A stretch of DNA of 62,955 bases from Syntrophobacterales bacterium (GTDB lineage Bacteria > Desulfobacterota > Syntrophobacteria > Syntrophobacterales > Syntrophobacteraceae), in assembly GCA_041310025.1 (NCBI GenBank), contig JBFYYO010000001.1, forward strand, positions 1 to 62,955, written 5' to 3'. Of this stretch, positions 10,820 to 21,039 are shown piece after piece. The notes below the pieces were generated by a model that did no database searches, was not told where the DNA came from, and worked only from the letters and a program-made list of their open reading frames with translations. The position numbers were made by a program, and so were the translations under genes. The first letter of the stretch is position 1. Each line of letters starts with the position of its first letter.

Positions 10820-11139
10820 CGACCCCGTGGATTGTCACCGCGTTCCCCTTCAATCGCACTATGAAATGGGGCTCTGGAGGCATCTCACAACTCACCGATG
10901 GTTTGCTTGCCCCCCGCGCGAGCTTGGATATCAGTGCAAAATCGTTGAAACAATTGCTGGCACGGGCTGAGCGAAGCTTGCCCGTGGTCGGGCGAGCCCA
11001 GCATCGGCAAGCTCCGCTTTGCCCATGACACCCGGCCTGTTGCAGCTCAATGAACTGGATTCGAAAGACTTGCGAGCTGTTTCCAGCGCCGCATTCTCGG
11101 CTGAGGCCGATTCAACAGCGCTGGAAATAATGCGAGCGG

Positions 11140-12336
11140 TCAGAAAGTGCTGAGGATTCCGAGGAGGTGTGTGACTTCACTGAGGGGGGCATTCAAATTG
11201 GCCCGATGATTGGCCACAAACCCGTCCAGATCACCATCCAGAATGAACCACGGCTCCATCTCCTCGACTCGGTGGAGCTCGTGCAGGATCTCATCCATCA
11301 GCTCGATCCCGTTCATGGTCGAGGCCAGCTGATTCTTGTACCCCACACGAACCACCCGCAGGATCTCATAGTACACATGAGCGATACCCTTGGCATAGTA
11401 GAAGTAGTCGTCTGTCTTCCACAAGCTCACGGGGGACACGATGAGGCTCTTGTTCACGTTGCCGAGCAGATCCTTGTAACTTGCGAGGAGAAGCCGGAGG
11501 TTGTCCACACGGTAGTAGAAGTTGCGCTGTCCGCCTTTGAGCTTTGTGACGAAGCGCTTGAGGTGCTCCACGCCCTCCCCGTAGGAGGTTTCGGCCGATG
11601 GAAACCAGAAGAGCGTCGCCCGGTTCATGAACAGATTGACCGCCAGTTCGAGATCAGGATCGTAGGTATCGGCATCACCCATCCGAGTCAGGCTGTCCTT
11701 GAGCCTCAGGGTCGTGAAACGCAGGGCCTCGAGAACCCCCAGCTGGTAGTTGTTCACGTTGTCCGTGAATTGCCCCACGATGATGTCGTTGGGGCACCAT
11801 CCCAGAAAACGCCCGTCGAGCTCGTGCTCCATAAGCTCGATCATGGTCTCCACAAAGGTCACTCCAGGCGTCGGTGAGATCTCGGGAAGCACGGGACCAT
11901 GCCCCACATGAGCCTCCTCGTGGGGAGCCTCGCCATGACCGGCTTCCTTTCCGGGCTGGGGGGCGTGGCTGGGGGCTGCCGGTTGTCCACCGTGGGGTTC
12001 GGCGGACTTCGCAGCTCCGGCCCCTCCTGCCTGAGGCTGCTGGGCCGCAGGTGCCGGTGCACCATGCCCTGCACCGGAAGCGGCTGGAGCTCCGGGAGCA
12101 TCGGCCGCGGGTTGTCCACTCTTTGCGGGGGCCTGCTGAGGTCCGGATCCCGGCGCCTGAGCCTGCTCCTCTTCGGACTGTTCGGGCAGGAGCGTGTGGC
12201 GTTGCAGTGCCCAGCTCTCATGAACAGCACTGGATGCAAACATCAGCACTGCGATTGAAAACACCCAGAGTAAAAGGCACTTCGCTGACGGCCGTCTGAG
12301 GGGAGAGCAAAGGTCACCCCTGCCTTGAGTTCCCAT
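11140..12336 (-). CDS. Exported or membrane-anchored hypothetical protein with a His/Pro/Ala-rich linker and a conserved C-terminal domain (DUF2333-like, assigned from memory)
   Basis: Start moved to the ATG at 12336 (MGTQGRG...), which follows AAGGAG by 7 nt. N-terminal hydrophobic segment LLLWVFSIAVLMFASSAV. About 100 aa of low-complexity sequence includes GHGEAPHEEAHVGHG. A globular domain of about 240 aa follows. Confidence 0.6.
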   Translation of the reverse strand: MGTQGRGDLCSPLRRPSAKCLLLWVFSIAVLMFASSAVHESWALQRHTLLPEQSEEEQAQAPGSGPQQAPAKSGQPAADAPGAPAASGAGHGAPAPAAQQPQAGGAGAAKSAEPHGGQPAAPSHAPQPGKEAGHGEAPHEEAHVGHGPVLPEISPTPGVTFVETMIELMEHELDGRFLGWCPNDIIVGQFTDNVNNYQLGVLEALRFTTLRLKDSLTRMGDADTYDPDLELAVNLFMNRATLFWFPSAETSYGEGVEHLKRFVTKLKGGQRNFYYRVDNLRLLLASYKDLLGNVNKSLIVSPVSLWKTDDYFYYAKGIAHVYYEILRVVRVGYKNQLASTMNGIELMDEILHELHRVEEMEPWFILDGDLDGFVANHRANLNAPLSEVTHLLGILSTF

Positions 12337-12484
12337 CTTTGGACTCCTTATCTCGTGATGTTGTCTAGAATGCACCCAGGGAAACCGCTTGGTCGGTCTG
12401 CGGCGGAGGGCCGCACGCGGATGAACGCCGCTTCATACAAGAAGGGTCCGGGAAAGCATCCACAGTTTCTCTCAGCAGACCCGG

Positions 12485-12502
12485 AGTTGAAGTTGAAGTT
12501 GA
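12485..12502. repeat. Perfect tandem hexamer (AGTTGA)x3 in the queD to DUF2333-like spacer
   Basis: Read directly: ggAGTTGAAGTTGAAGTTGAtc. Confidence 0.9.
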
Positions 12503-12577
12503 TCTGGCTTTGGATTGAAGCTCTTGGACATCGGGAGGGGCTCCGAGCCCGCGAGAACCACTCATGGGCCGCCGCCT

Positions 12578-12964
12578 TCAGCGTTCCGTGGCCAGGTAGG
12601 TGGCGCAGGCTTCCGCCGATTCCCAGGCCGTCACACTGTGGATCCAGCGACCTCCATTCTCCAGCCTCTCACCGAGCCTTTCGAACAGATAACGGGCGAT
12701 GTTCTCCGACGAAGGATTGTGGGTGGCGAAATAGGGAATATCGTTCAGATACTTGTGGTCGATCTCAGACAGGAGCAGGCGCACGGCCTGCTTGATTTCG
12801 CCGAAATCCACCACAACGCCGCTCTCATCCAGCTCAGTCCCCCTCAACACCACTTCGATCTTCCAGTTGTGTCCATGCAGCTGTTCACACTTCCCACGAA
12901 AATTGCGCAAGTTGTGGGCCGCGGCAAAATCGCTGATGACCTTCAATTCATACACATGCTTCAT
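12578..12964 (-). CDS. queD: 6-carboxy-5,6,7,8-tetrahydropterin synthase (queuosine pathway)
   Basis: 128 aa with the C-x3-HGH motif (GKCEQLHGHNW), at the size typical of the PTPS/QueD family. Confidence 0.9.
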   Translation of the reverse strand: MKHVYELKVISDFAAAHNLRNFRGKCEQLHGHNWKIEVVLRGTELDESGVVVDFGEIKQAVRLLLSEIDHKYLNDIPYFATHNPSSENIARYLFERLGERLENGGRWIHSVTAWESAEACATYLATER

Positions 12965-13145
12965 CTTCGAGGCCTCTTGTCAGATGGGCCGAATGGAATA
13001 TCCCGGCTCGCAGCAGCCGCAAAAGCAATCCTTGCCATTCGTACATTCCCCTTCTCCTGAGCCCCTGAGCCCGACCCACCCTCATGAAATATGACTGAAG
13101 CCGGATGTGAGAGGAAAAGAGTATTGCATCCAATGAGTTATCCCC

Positions 13146-13173
13146 ATTTATCCAAAAGGGTGTGCTTTGTCAA
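13146..13173 (-). promoter_or_regulatory. Candidate promoter for queD
   Basis: The minus strand has a perfect TTGACA (13173-13168) followed at 15-17 nt by a weak A/T-rich -10 region (GGATAAATG). It sits in the most AT-rich stretch of the window. Confidence 0.3.
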
Positions 13174-13377
13174 ATCCTATAAGCCATCGAGACATCCCAT
13201 TATCCACATCAACTCATTGAATTTTCATTGATTTTTTATCCAGCTGGTCCCGTTGCGAAGCAGGCATCGGACCATTCTGAAAGCTCTGCCCCCGGTGAGA
13301 GAGCTCCCCGCGCAGCCTTCAGCACACCGTCCGGATCCGCTGGGACGCCTGCAGAGGAGGTGCGCATAAGCCCTTAC

Positions 13378-13403
13378 TTTTTGTGGTTTTTGTTGGATTT
13401 TTT
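13378..13403. promoter_or_regulatory. Three phased T-tracts (T5, T5, T6), a possible intrinsically curved DNA element
   Basis: T-runs start at 13378, 13387 and 13398 (spacing 9 and 11 bp). A fourth T5 lies at 13426-13430. The element is in the divergent queD/xerC intergenic region. Confidence 0.5.
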
Positions 13404-13645
13404 GACTCCGTGTGCTATCGGTCTGTTTTTATCGCTTGCTGATGGATCGTTGTCGGGGTGGTCTAGACGGTCTCGGGGCCTGTTTAAAAATTGCCTGAAT
13501 TGCCGCGTTTCGGGTGCGAGTGAACCCCGCCCGGGCACCTCGTTGCCTGCGTGGGTCAGACATTTCCCATGAGGCTCCCGGGCGGCGGACATGAAATGGC
13601 CACCTCCCACCAGTAATTTCGGGAAGCGAGACAAGGGGATGAGCC

Positions 13646-14674
13646 GTGGCGGAATCCCAGTTTCACAACGTTGAGCACCCTGCCCCCAACGCGGGGGCAA
13701 GACCGGGTGAGCTCAAGCACACCGAAGCGTCTCCTTCTTCCCTCTTTCGAGAGGCGGTGGAGGGTTTTCTCACGCATCTGCACACAATCCGCAATCTGAG
13801 CAGTCAAACGGTCCGTGCTTATGCCGCGGACCTGGCTCAAGTGGAGTCCTTTGCAGAGGAGCGCCTGGGGAAGAAGCCCGTGGAAATTCAGGATGTCTCG
13901 GTTCAGATGATTCGAGGCTTCCTCGCAAGCGGTCAGAAGCGATGGCAGAAGACGAGCCAGGGGCGGAAGCTCTCCACCCTTCGCACTTTTTTCCGTTACC
14001 TGAACGATGTCGGAGCTTGTGAAGGAAACCCCGCCGAAGGAGTGATGTACCCCAAGACGCGCTCGAAGCTCCCCGGCTTTCTGGGCATCGACGCCTTGTT
14101 TCATTTTCTGGATTCCCTGAGGCATGCGGCACAGCAGCCTGGGGGCTCGTGGCGAAGGTGGCGCAACTGGGCACTTTTTGAGACCGCTTATTCATCGGGA
14201 CTTCGGGTGAGTGAACTGGTGGGGCTGGACGTTCTTGATCTCAACACGGAAACGGGTATGGTACGGGTCCTCGGAAAAGGCGGCAGGGAGCGGGTTATCC
14301 CCATAGGGGACAAGGCCGTCGAATCGATCCATCGCTATCTCGAGGCGCTGGGGCGGCAGCCGCTCAAGACTTCGGAGGCGAGCTCGGCGTTGTTCCGAAA
14401 TGCACGAGGCGGGCGACTCACGGTTCGCTCCGTTCACCGGCTGCTCAAGAGCGAGCTGGAGCGCTGCGGACTCTGGCAGCAGATCAGCCCTCACGGGCTG
14501 AGGCACAGCTTTGCGACCCACCTGTTGAATTCGGGAGCCGATCTGCGGGCCATCCAGGAGATGCTCGGCCACTCGTCCCTTTCAACGACCCAGCGCTACA
14601 CGCATGTCCATCTGGAACAGCTCATGAAGGTTTATGACGGAGCACATCCACGGAGCAGGAAACAACACGATTGA
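13646..14674 (+). CDS. xerC: Tyrosine recombinase XerC
   Basis: GTG start. Carries the R..HxxR..Y catalytic signature (HGLRHSFATHLL, LGHSSLSTTQRYTH). The xerC-hslV-hslU synteny supports XerC rather than a phage integrase. Confidence 0.85.
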   Translation: MAESQFHNVEHPAPNAGARPGELKHTEASPSSLFREAVEGFLTHLHTIRNLSSQTVRAYAADLAQVESFAEERLGKKPVEIQDVSVQMIRGFLASGQKRWQKTSQGRKLSTLRTFFRYLNDVGACEGNPAEGVMYPKTRSKLPGFLGIDALFHFLDSLRHAAQQPGGSWRRWRNWALFETAYSSGLRVSELVGLDVLDLNTETGMVRVLGKGGRERVIPIGDKAVESIHRYLEALGRQPLKTSEASSALFRNARGGRLTVRSVHRLLKSELERCGLWQQISPHGLRHSFATHLLNSGADLRAIQEMLGHSSLSTTQRYTHVHLEQLMKVYDGAHPRSRKQHD

Positions 14675-14740
14675 CGCCGGCCCGGCCCGGTACGTGTCGC
14701 GGGCGCAGCCGTTTGGGACGAATGGGAGTTTGAACGGATC

Positions 14741-15280
14741 ATGATGGAAAACCGCATAAGAAGCACCACGGTACTATCCGTGCGCAGGGATGGCCGGGTG
14801 GTGATGGCGGGTGACGGCCAGGTGACCATGGGAGACACCGTTGTGAAGCATCACGCGCGCAAAATCCGCAGGCTTTACAACGACCGGATTCTCACAGGTT
14901 TTGCCGGGGCCACCGCAGATGCTTTCACCCTCTTCGAGAAGCTCGAAGGGAGGTTGGAGCAGTACAATGGAAACCTCAAGCGCGCAGCGGTGGAACTGGC
15001 CAAGGACTGGCGAATGGATCGGGCACTCCGGAGACTCGAGGCCCTCCTCATCGCGGCCGACGCTACGGAGTGCTTCATTCTCAGCGGCACAGGGGATGTG
15101 ATCGAACCGGACGACGGTCTTGCGGCCGTCGGATCCGGAGCCCCCTTCGCTTTGGCTGCTGCGCGGGCGCTCATGGCGCACACGCAGCTCCCGGCTCGCC
15201 GCATCGCCGAGGAGGCCATGAAGATCGCAGCGTCGGTCTGCATTTACACCAACTCTGAGTTCACCATCGAGGAGCTATGA
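14741..15280 (+). CDS. hslV: ATP-dependent protease subunit HslV
   Basis: [22 protein letters not shown] and GSG motifs. Eight residues (MMENRIRS) precede the conserved TT. Confidence 0.95.
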   Translation: MMENRIRSTTVLSVRRDGRVVMAGDGQVTMGDTVVKHHARKIRRLYNDRILTGFAGATADAFTLFEKLEGRLEQYNGNLKRAAVELAKDWRMDRALRRLEALLIAADATECFILSGTGDVIEPDDGLAAVGSGAPFALAAARALMAHTQLPARRIAEEAMKIAASVCIYTNSEFTIEEL

Positions 15281-15284
15281 ATCG

Positions 15285-16664
15285 ATGCAGCAACCTTTGA
15301 CACCGGCAGAGATCGTCCGCGAGCTCGACAAATACGTGATCGGCCAGAGAGAGGCCAAGCGGATGGTGGCCATAGCGCTTCGGAACCGCTGGAGGCGCCA
15401 GCAGGTGCCGGAGCACCTGCGCGATGAGATCGCTCCCAAGAACATCATCATGATCGGCCCGACCGGTGTGGGCAAGACCGAAATCGCCCGCCGTCTGGCC
15501 AGATTAGCCCAGTCCCCCTTCCTGAAGATCGAGGCCAGCAAATTCACGGAAGTCGGCTACGTCGGGCGTGATGTGGAATCCATGATCCGGGACCTGACCG
15601 AGCTTGCGGTGAACATGGTCCGGAGTGAGGAAATGGAAACCGTCAAGCTCAAGGCCGAGGAAATCGCCGAGGAAAAGCTCCTGGACATCCTCCTGCCTCC
15701 CAAGCGCCAGCAGGAGGCCAAGGAGCCGCTGCTGCCCGAGCCCGAGGCCATGCACGCCGCTCAGCAGGAGTCCGAGCAGGCGGACTCGACCCGTGAGAAG
15801 CTGCGAAAACTCCTCAAGAAGGGCTCCCTGGACGATCGTTACGTGGAAATCGACGTGCCCGACCGCAACGTTCCCATGGTCGAGATCTTCGCCGGTGCCG
15901 GCATGGAGGACATGGACTACAACCTTCGGGAAATGCTGGGCTCGATGCTCCCCCGGCGGACCAAGCGGCGCAAGGTCAAGATCCCCGAGGCCCGCGAGAT
16001 CCTGGTGGCCGAAGAATCCCAGAAGCTCATCGACATGGACAAGGTCATCAAGCTGGCCATGGAGCGGGTGGAGCATTCCGGGATCATCTTCCTGGATGAG
16101 ATCGACAAGATCGCGGGCAGGGAGTCCGGGGGGCGCGGCCCCGATGTCTCGCGCGAAGGCGTTCAGAGGGACCTTCTGCCCATCGTCGAAGGGTCCACCG
16201 TCACGACCAAGTACGGCATGGTGAGAACGGACCACATCCTGTTCATCGCCTCGGGAGCTTTTCACATCGCCAAGCCGTCGGACCTCATCCCCGAGCTGCA
16301 GGGGCGGTTTCCCATCCGCGTGGAGCTCACCTCCCTATCGAAGGACGACTTCGTCCGCATCCTGAAGGAGCCCGAAAACGCTCTCATCGTGCAGTATACG
16401 GCTCTCATGGAAACCGAGGACGTCAAGATCTCCTTCGACGACTCGGCCATCGAAGAGATCGCGGAGCTGGCCTTCCAGGTGAACTCCAGCACCGAGAATA
16501 TCGGGGCTCGAAGACTGCACACGATCATGGAGAAGCTGCTGTGCGAAATCTCCTTCAACGCTCCGGATCTGAAGGGCCAGATGATCCCCATCACCAAGGA
16601 CTACGTGCGCGAAACGCTCCAGGAGATCATCAAGGACGAGGATCTCAGCCGCTACATCCTGTGA
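15285..16664 (+). CDS. hslU: ATP-dependent protease ATPase subunit HslU
   Basis: Walker A motif [15 protein letters not shown], an I-domain insertion, and the C-terminal AAA+ lid. It is adjacent to hslV. Confidence 0.95.
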   Translation: MQQPLTPAEIVRELDKYVIGQREAKRMVAIALRNRWRRQQVPEHLRDEIAPKNIIMIGPTGVGKTEIARRLARLAQSPFLKIEASKFTEVGYVGRDVESMIRDLTELAVNMVRSEEMETVKLKAEEIAEEKLLDILLPPKRQQEAKEPLLPEPEAMHAAQQESEQADSTREKLRKLLKKGSLDDRYVEIDVPDRNVPMVEIFAGAGMEDMDYNLREMLGSMLPRRTKRRKVKIPEAREILVAEESQKLIDMDKVIKLAMERVEHSGIIFLDEIDKIAGRESGGRGPDVSREGVQRDLLPIVEGSTVTTKYGMVRTDHILFIASGAFHIAKPSDLIPELQGRFPIRVELTSLSKDDFVRILKEPENALIVQYTALMETEDVKISFDDSAIEEIAELAFQVNSSTENIGARRLHTIMEKLLCEISFNAPDLKGQMIPITKDYVRETLQEIIKDEDLSRYIL

Positions 16665-16668
16665 CGAA

Positions 16669-16698
16669 GGGTTTCGAGCTTGGGGTTTCGGGTTTGCG
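16669..16698. repeat. Three close copies of GGGTTT(C)G in the hslU-argB spacer
   Basis: gGGGTTTCGagcttgGGGTTTCGGGTTTGCGg, read directly. Confidence 0.7.
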
Positions 16699-16762
16699 GA
16701 GCCTGCTCTTCGTTCAGGGGGCCCCGAAGGGTCATGAGCGACGACAACCGATGAAAGGGTGA

Positions 16763-17677
<915 letters not shown>

Positions 17678-17693
17678 GAAATTGGAGCGCTGT

Positions 17694-18884
17694 ATGGAGG
17701 ACACCAAGGCGGCCTGCCAGGAGCACATATGCACCACCTATGCCCGGCTCCCCGTCACTTTTGTGCGGGGTCGGGGATGCAAGCTCTGGGACGAACGGGG
17801 CAGGGAGTACCTGGACTGTTTGGCGGGAATCGCCGTGTGCAACCTGGGCCATTGCCCGCCCGAGCTGACACGGGTGCTTTGCGACCAGGCGGATACGCTG
17901 GTCCACGTGTCGAACCTCTTTTATACCGAGCCGCAGTCCCGACTGGCCGCAGAATTGACACGGCTTTCTTTTGCAGATAAGGTATTTTTTTGCAACAGCG
18001 GCGCCGAAGCCAATGAGGCCGCCATCAAGCTCGCGCGCAAATACAGCCAGGACCGCTACGGGCAGGGACGCTTCCATGTGTTGACCATGAAGGAATCCTT
18101 TCATGGAAGAACGCTCGCCACCCTGTCCGCCACGGGGCAGTCCAAGGTCCATAAAGGCTTCGAACCGCTGGTGGAAGGCTTCACGTTCGTGGATTTCAAT
18201 TCCGTCGCCGCTGTCGAATCGGCTCTCACCGAGCGGACATGCGCCGTGATGGTGGAGCCCATCCAGGCGGAAGGCGGGGTGAACATGCCGAGCCCCGGAT
18301 ACCTGCGTGACCTCAAGGCGCTTTGCCGGGAGAGGGATGTTTTGCTCATTTTCGACGAGGTCCAGGTGGGAATGGGCCGGACTGGAAGTCTGTTCGCATA
18401 TGAACAGGAGGAGGTGGCTCCCGACATCATGACCCTGGCCAAGGCTCTGGGCAACGGTCTCCCCGTGGGTGCCATGCTGGCGGGCCAGAGCGTCGCCGAG
18501 TCGTTCGTCCCCGGAACCCACGCCACCACCTTTGGAGGTACGCCCCTGGTCACGGCAGTCGCACTCGAGGTGCTCAAAACGATCTCCGGCCCGGGCTTTC
18601 TCGATCGTGTGCGATCGACGGGGGACTACTTTGCGAGCAGGCTGAGGGAGCTGCAATCGAGGTTTGGTTGTGTTCGGGAAGTGCGCGGCAGAGGGCTCAT
18701 TCTGGGCCTGGATCTGGACAGGCCGGCGCAGCACATGGTGGAGAAATGCCTCCATCGCGGCATCGTGATCAACTGCACGCGCGACAGCGTCCTTCGTTTC
18801 GTCCCGCCGCTGGTCATTGGAAAGGACGAGATCGATCGTCTCATTGGGGTACTGGACGAAGTTCTGGCTGAGGAACCGGCATGA
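17694..18884 (+). CDS. argD: Acetylornithine aminotransferase (class III)
   Basis: ORF 17556..18884 trimmed to the ATG at 17694, because the upstream part overlaps argB. Shows the DEVQVGMGRTG motif and the arg-cluster context. Confidence 0.9.
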   Translation: MEDTKAACQEHICTTYARLPVTFVRGRGCKLWDERGREYLDCLAGIAVCNLGHCPPELTRVLCDQADTLVHVSNLFYTEPQSRLAAELTRLSFADKVFFCNSGAEANEAAIKLARKYSQDRYGQGRFHVLTMKESFHGRTLATLSATGQSKVHKGFEPLVEGFTFVDFNSVAAVESALTERTCAVMVEPIQAEGGVNMPSPGYLRDLKALCRERDVLLIFDEVQVGMGRTGSLFAYEQEEVAPDIMTLAKALGNGLPVGAMLAGQSVAESFVPGTHATTFGGTPLVTAVALEVLKTISGPGFLDRVRSTGDYFASRLRELQSRFGCVREVRGRGLILGLDLDRPAQHMVEKCLHRGIVINCTRDSVLRFVPPLVIGKDEIDRLIGVLDEVLAEEPA

Positions 18885-19801
18885 AAAGAGACCTTTGCAC
18901 CATTCTCGACCTGACTGCGGAGGAGATTCTCGCGCTCATTTCCCGTGGCCGACAGATGAGGCGGGAGTGGGCGGAGGGTTCTCTCAGGCCAGCTCTGGCC
19001 GGCAAAGTCCTCGGATTGATCTTTGTCAAGCCTTCCACCCGGACACGCGTCTCTTTCGAGGCGGCCATGTACCGGCTGGGCGGGCATTGCATCACCATGG
19101 CCGAAAAGGACACCCAGATCGCCCGCAAGGAGAGCCACGCCGACACGGCGAGGGTTCTCTCCCGGTATGTCGACGGCCTGATGATCCGGACTTACCGTCA
19201 TGAAGACGTGGAGGAGCTGGCGCGCTTTTCCACGATTCCGGTCATCAACGGACTCACGGATCTCTTTCACCCCTGTCAGGTCCTGAGCGACTTGCAGACC
19301 ATCCAAGAGAAGCGGGGATCGCTCGATGGGCTCAGCGTGGCATGGGTCGGAGACGGGAACAACGTGGCCCATTCCTGGATCAACGCTTCGGCTAGGCTGG
19401 GCTTCACGCTGCATCTGGCCTGCCCTCGGGGCTACGAGCCCGATGCCCGGATCCTCGAGCGGGGCAGGTCCGAAGGGCGAGGAAGGATTCATTTGACGGC
19501 TGACCCGAAAGAGGCCGTTAGATCAGCGGATTTCATTTACGCCGATGTTTGGGCGAGCATGGGAATGGAGTCAGAAGAAGCGGCTCGAAGAAAGGTTTTC
19601 ACCCCCTATCAGATCAATGCGGCGCTGCTGGCCGCAGCCCCGCCCCATGCGCTCGTGATGCACTGCCTCCCGGCCCATCGTGGGGATGAGATCACGGATG
19701 ATGTCATGGACGGGCCTCAATCCATCGTGTTCGACCAGGCCGAGAATCGACTGCACCTGCAGATGGCGCTGCTCGAGTGGCTGCTGAACCCCAGATCCTG
19801 A
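18881..19801 (+). CDS. argF: Ornithine carbamoyltransferase
   Basis: STRTR and HCLP motifs. Its ATG overlaps the argD stop (ATGA). Confidence 0.93.
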   Translation: MKRDLCTILDLTAEEILALISRGRQMRREWAEGSLRPALAGKVLGLIFVKPSTRTRVSFEAAMYRLGGHCITMAEKDTQIARKESHADTARVLSRYVDGLMIRTYRHEDVEELARFSTIPVINGLTDLFHPCQVLSDLQTIQEKRGSLDGLSVAWVGDGNNVAHSWINASARLGFTLHLACPRGYEPDARILERGRSEGRGRIHLTADPKEAVRSADFIYADVWASMGMESEEAARRKVFTPYQINAALLAAAPPHALVMHCLPAHRGDEITDDVMDGPQSIVFDQAENRLHLQMALLEWLLNPRS

Positions 19802-19820
19802 AAGGAGGCGCTGCTGCGGA

Positions 19821-21020
19821 ATGAAAGTTGACAAGGTAGTTCTGGCGTATTCCGGAGGACTGGATACCTCCGTCATCCTCAAGTGGCTGATCGAGACCTA
19901 CCAGTGCGAAGTGGTGGCGTATGCGGCCGACCTTGGGCAGGCGGAGGAGCTCGACGGCCTGGAGGCCAAGGCTCTGGCTACCGGAGCAGTGAAAGCCCGC
20001 ATCGAGGATCTTCGCGAGGAGTTCGTCCGGGATTTCATTTTCCCCATGTTTCGAGCCAACGCGATTTACGAGGGCCACTATCTCCTCGGGACATCCATCG
20101 CGCGCCCCATCATCGCCAAGCACCAGGTGCGGATCGCTGCCGAGGAGGGAGCCGATGCCGTGAGCCATGGGGCTACGGGCAAGGGCAACGACCAGGTGAG
20201 GTTCGAGCTGACCTATACGGCGCTCAACCCCGCCCTCAAGATCGTGGCCCCCTGGCGCGAGTGGGACCTGAAATCCCGCACCGCCCTGGTCGAGTTTGCG
20301 AGCAAGCACGGGATCCCCGTTCCGGTGACCCAGGAGAAGCCTTACAGCTCCGATCGCAACATGCTGCACATCAGCTACGAAGGGGGCATCCTGGAGGACC
20401 CCTGGCTCGAGCCCCATGCCGATATGTTCACCCTCACCGTGGATCCCCGCAACGCCCCGGACGAGCCCGAAACGGTCGAGATCGATTTTGAGCGGGGCAA
20501 CGCTCTGGCGGTCAACGGAGAGCGGTTGAGCCCGGCTCAGCTGCTCCAGCGTTTGAATGAAATCGGCGGAAGGCATGGCATCGGGCGGGTCGACCTGGTG
20601 GAGAACCGCTACGTGGGGATGAAATCACGGGGTGTCTACGAGACCCCGGGAGGAACGGTGCTCCGGGCAGCGCATCAGGCGGTGGAGTCGCTCACCATGG
20701 ATCGAGAAGTGATGCAGATCCGGGATTCCCTGATTCCCCAGTATTCCCGCCTGGTTTACAACGGCTTCTGGTTCTCCCCTGAGATGCAGCTCCTGCAGGG
20801 ACTCATGGATCTTTCCCAGGAAAACGTCTGGGGAACGGCACGCCTGAAGCTTTACAAGGGCTGCTGCACGGTCGCGGGCCGAAGATCCGACCGTTCGCTT
20901 TATCAACCGAGCTTTGCGACCTTCGAGGAAGATTCCGTCTACCGGCAGGACGATGCGACGGGCTTCATCCGATTGAATGGTCTCAGGCTGAGGATTGAAT
21001 CGCTGGTCCGGAAACAGTGA
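19821..21020 (+). CDS. argG: Argininosuccinate synthase
   Basis: [12 protein letters not shown]-pyrophosphatase motif; 399 aa. Confidence 0.95.
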   Translation: MKVDKVVLAYSGGLDTSVILKWLIETYQCEVVAYAADLGQAEELDGLEAKALATGAVKARIEDLREEFVRDFIFPMFRANAIYEGHYLLGTSIARPIIAKHQVRIAAEEGADAVSHGATGKGNDQVRFELTYTALNPALKIVAPWREWDLKSRTALVEFASKHGIPVPVTQEKPYSSDRNMLHISYEGGILEDPWLEPHADMFTLTVDPRNAPDEPETVEIDFERGNALAVNGERLSPAQLLQRLNEIGGRHGIGRVDLVENRYVGMKSRGVYETPGGTVLRAAHQAVESLTMDREVMQIRDSLIPQYSRLVYNGFWFSPEMQLLQGLMDLSQENVWGTARLKLYKGCCTVAGRRSDRSLYQPSFATFEEDSVYRQDDATGFIRLNGLRLRIESLVRKQ

Positions 21021-21039
21021 GACCAGAGGGAAGACGCGC

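Noticed and set aside
12965-13140. preQ1 riboswitch in the queD leader.
   Set aside because: There is no small hairpin followed by the A-rich CCC...UAAAAAACUA-type tail. The leader is instead GC-rich with a CCTGAGCC x2 repeat.
13359-13386. Possible chromosome dimer resolution site (dif), because GGTGCGCATAA equals the E. coli XerC arm and xerC is adjacent.
   Set aside because: The following 17 nt (GCCCTTACTTTTTGTGG) show neither the TTATG XerD arm nor dyad symmetry. Only a half-site exists, so it is kept as an oddity rather than a feature.
13646-14674. The tyrosine recombinase as a marker of an integrated mobile element.
   Set aside because: It is followed by hslVU in the widely conserved xerC-hslVU arrangement. 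There are no flanking direct repeats, no phage or plasmid genes, and no compositional break beyond the promoter region.
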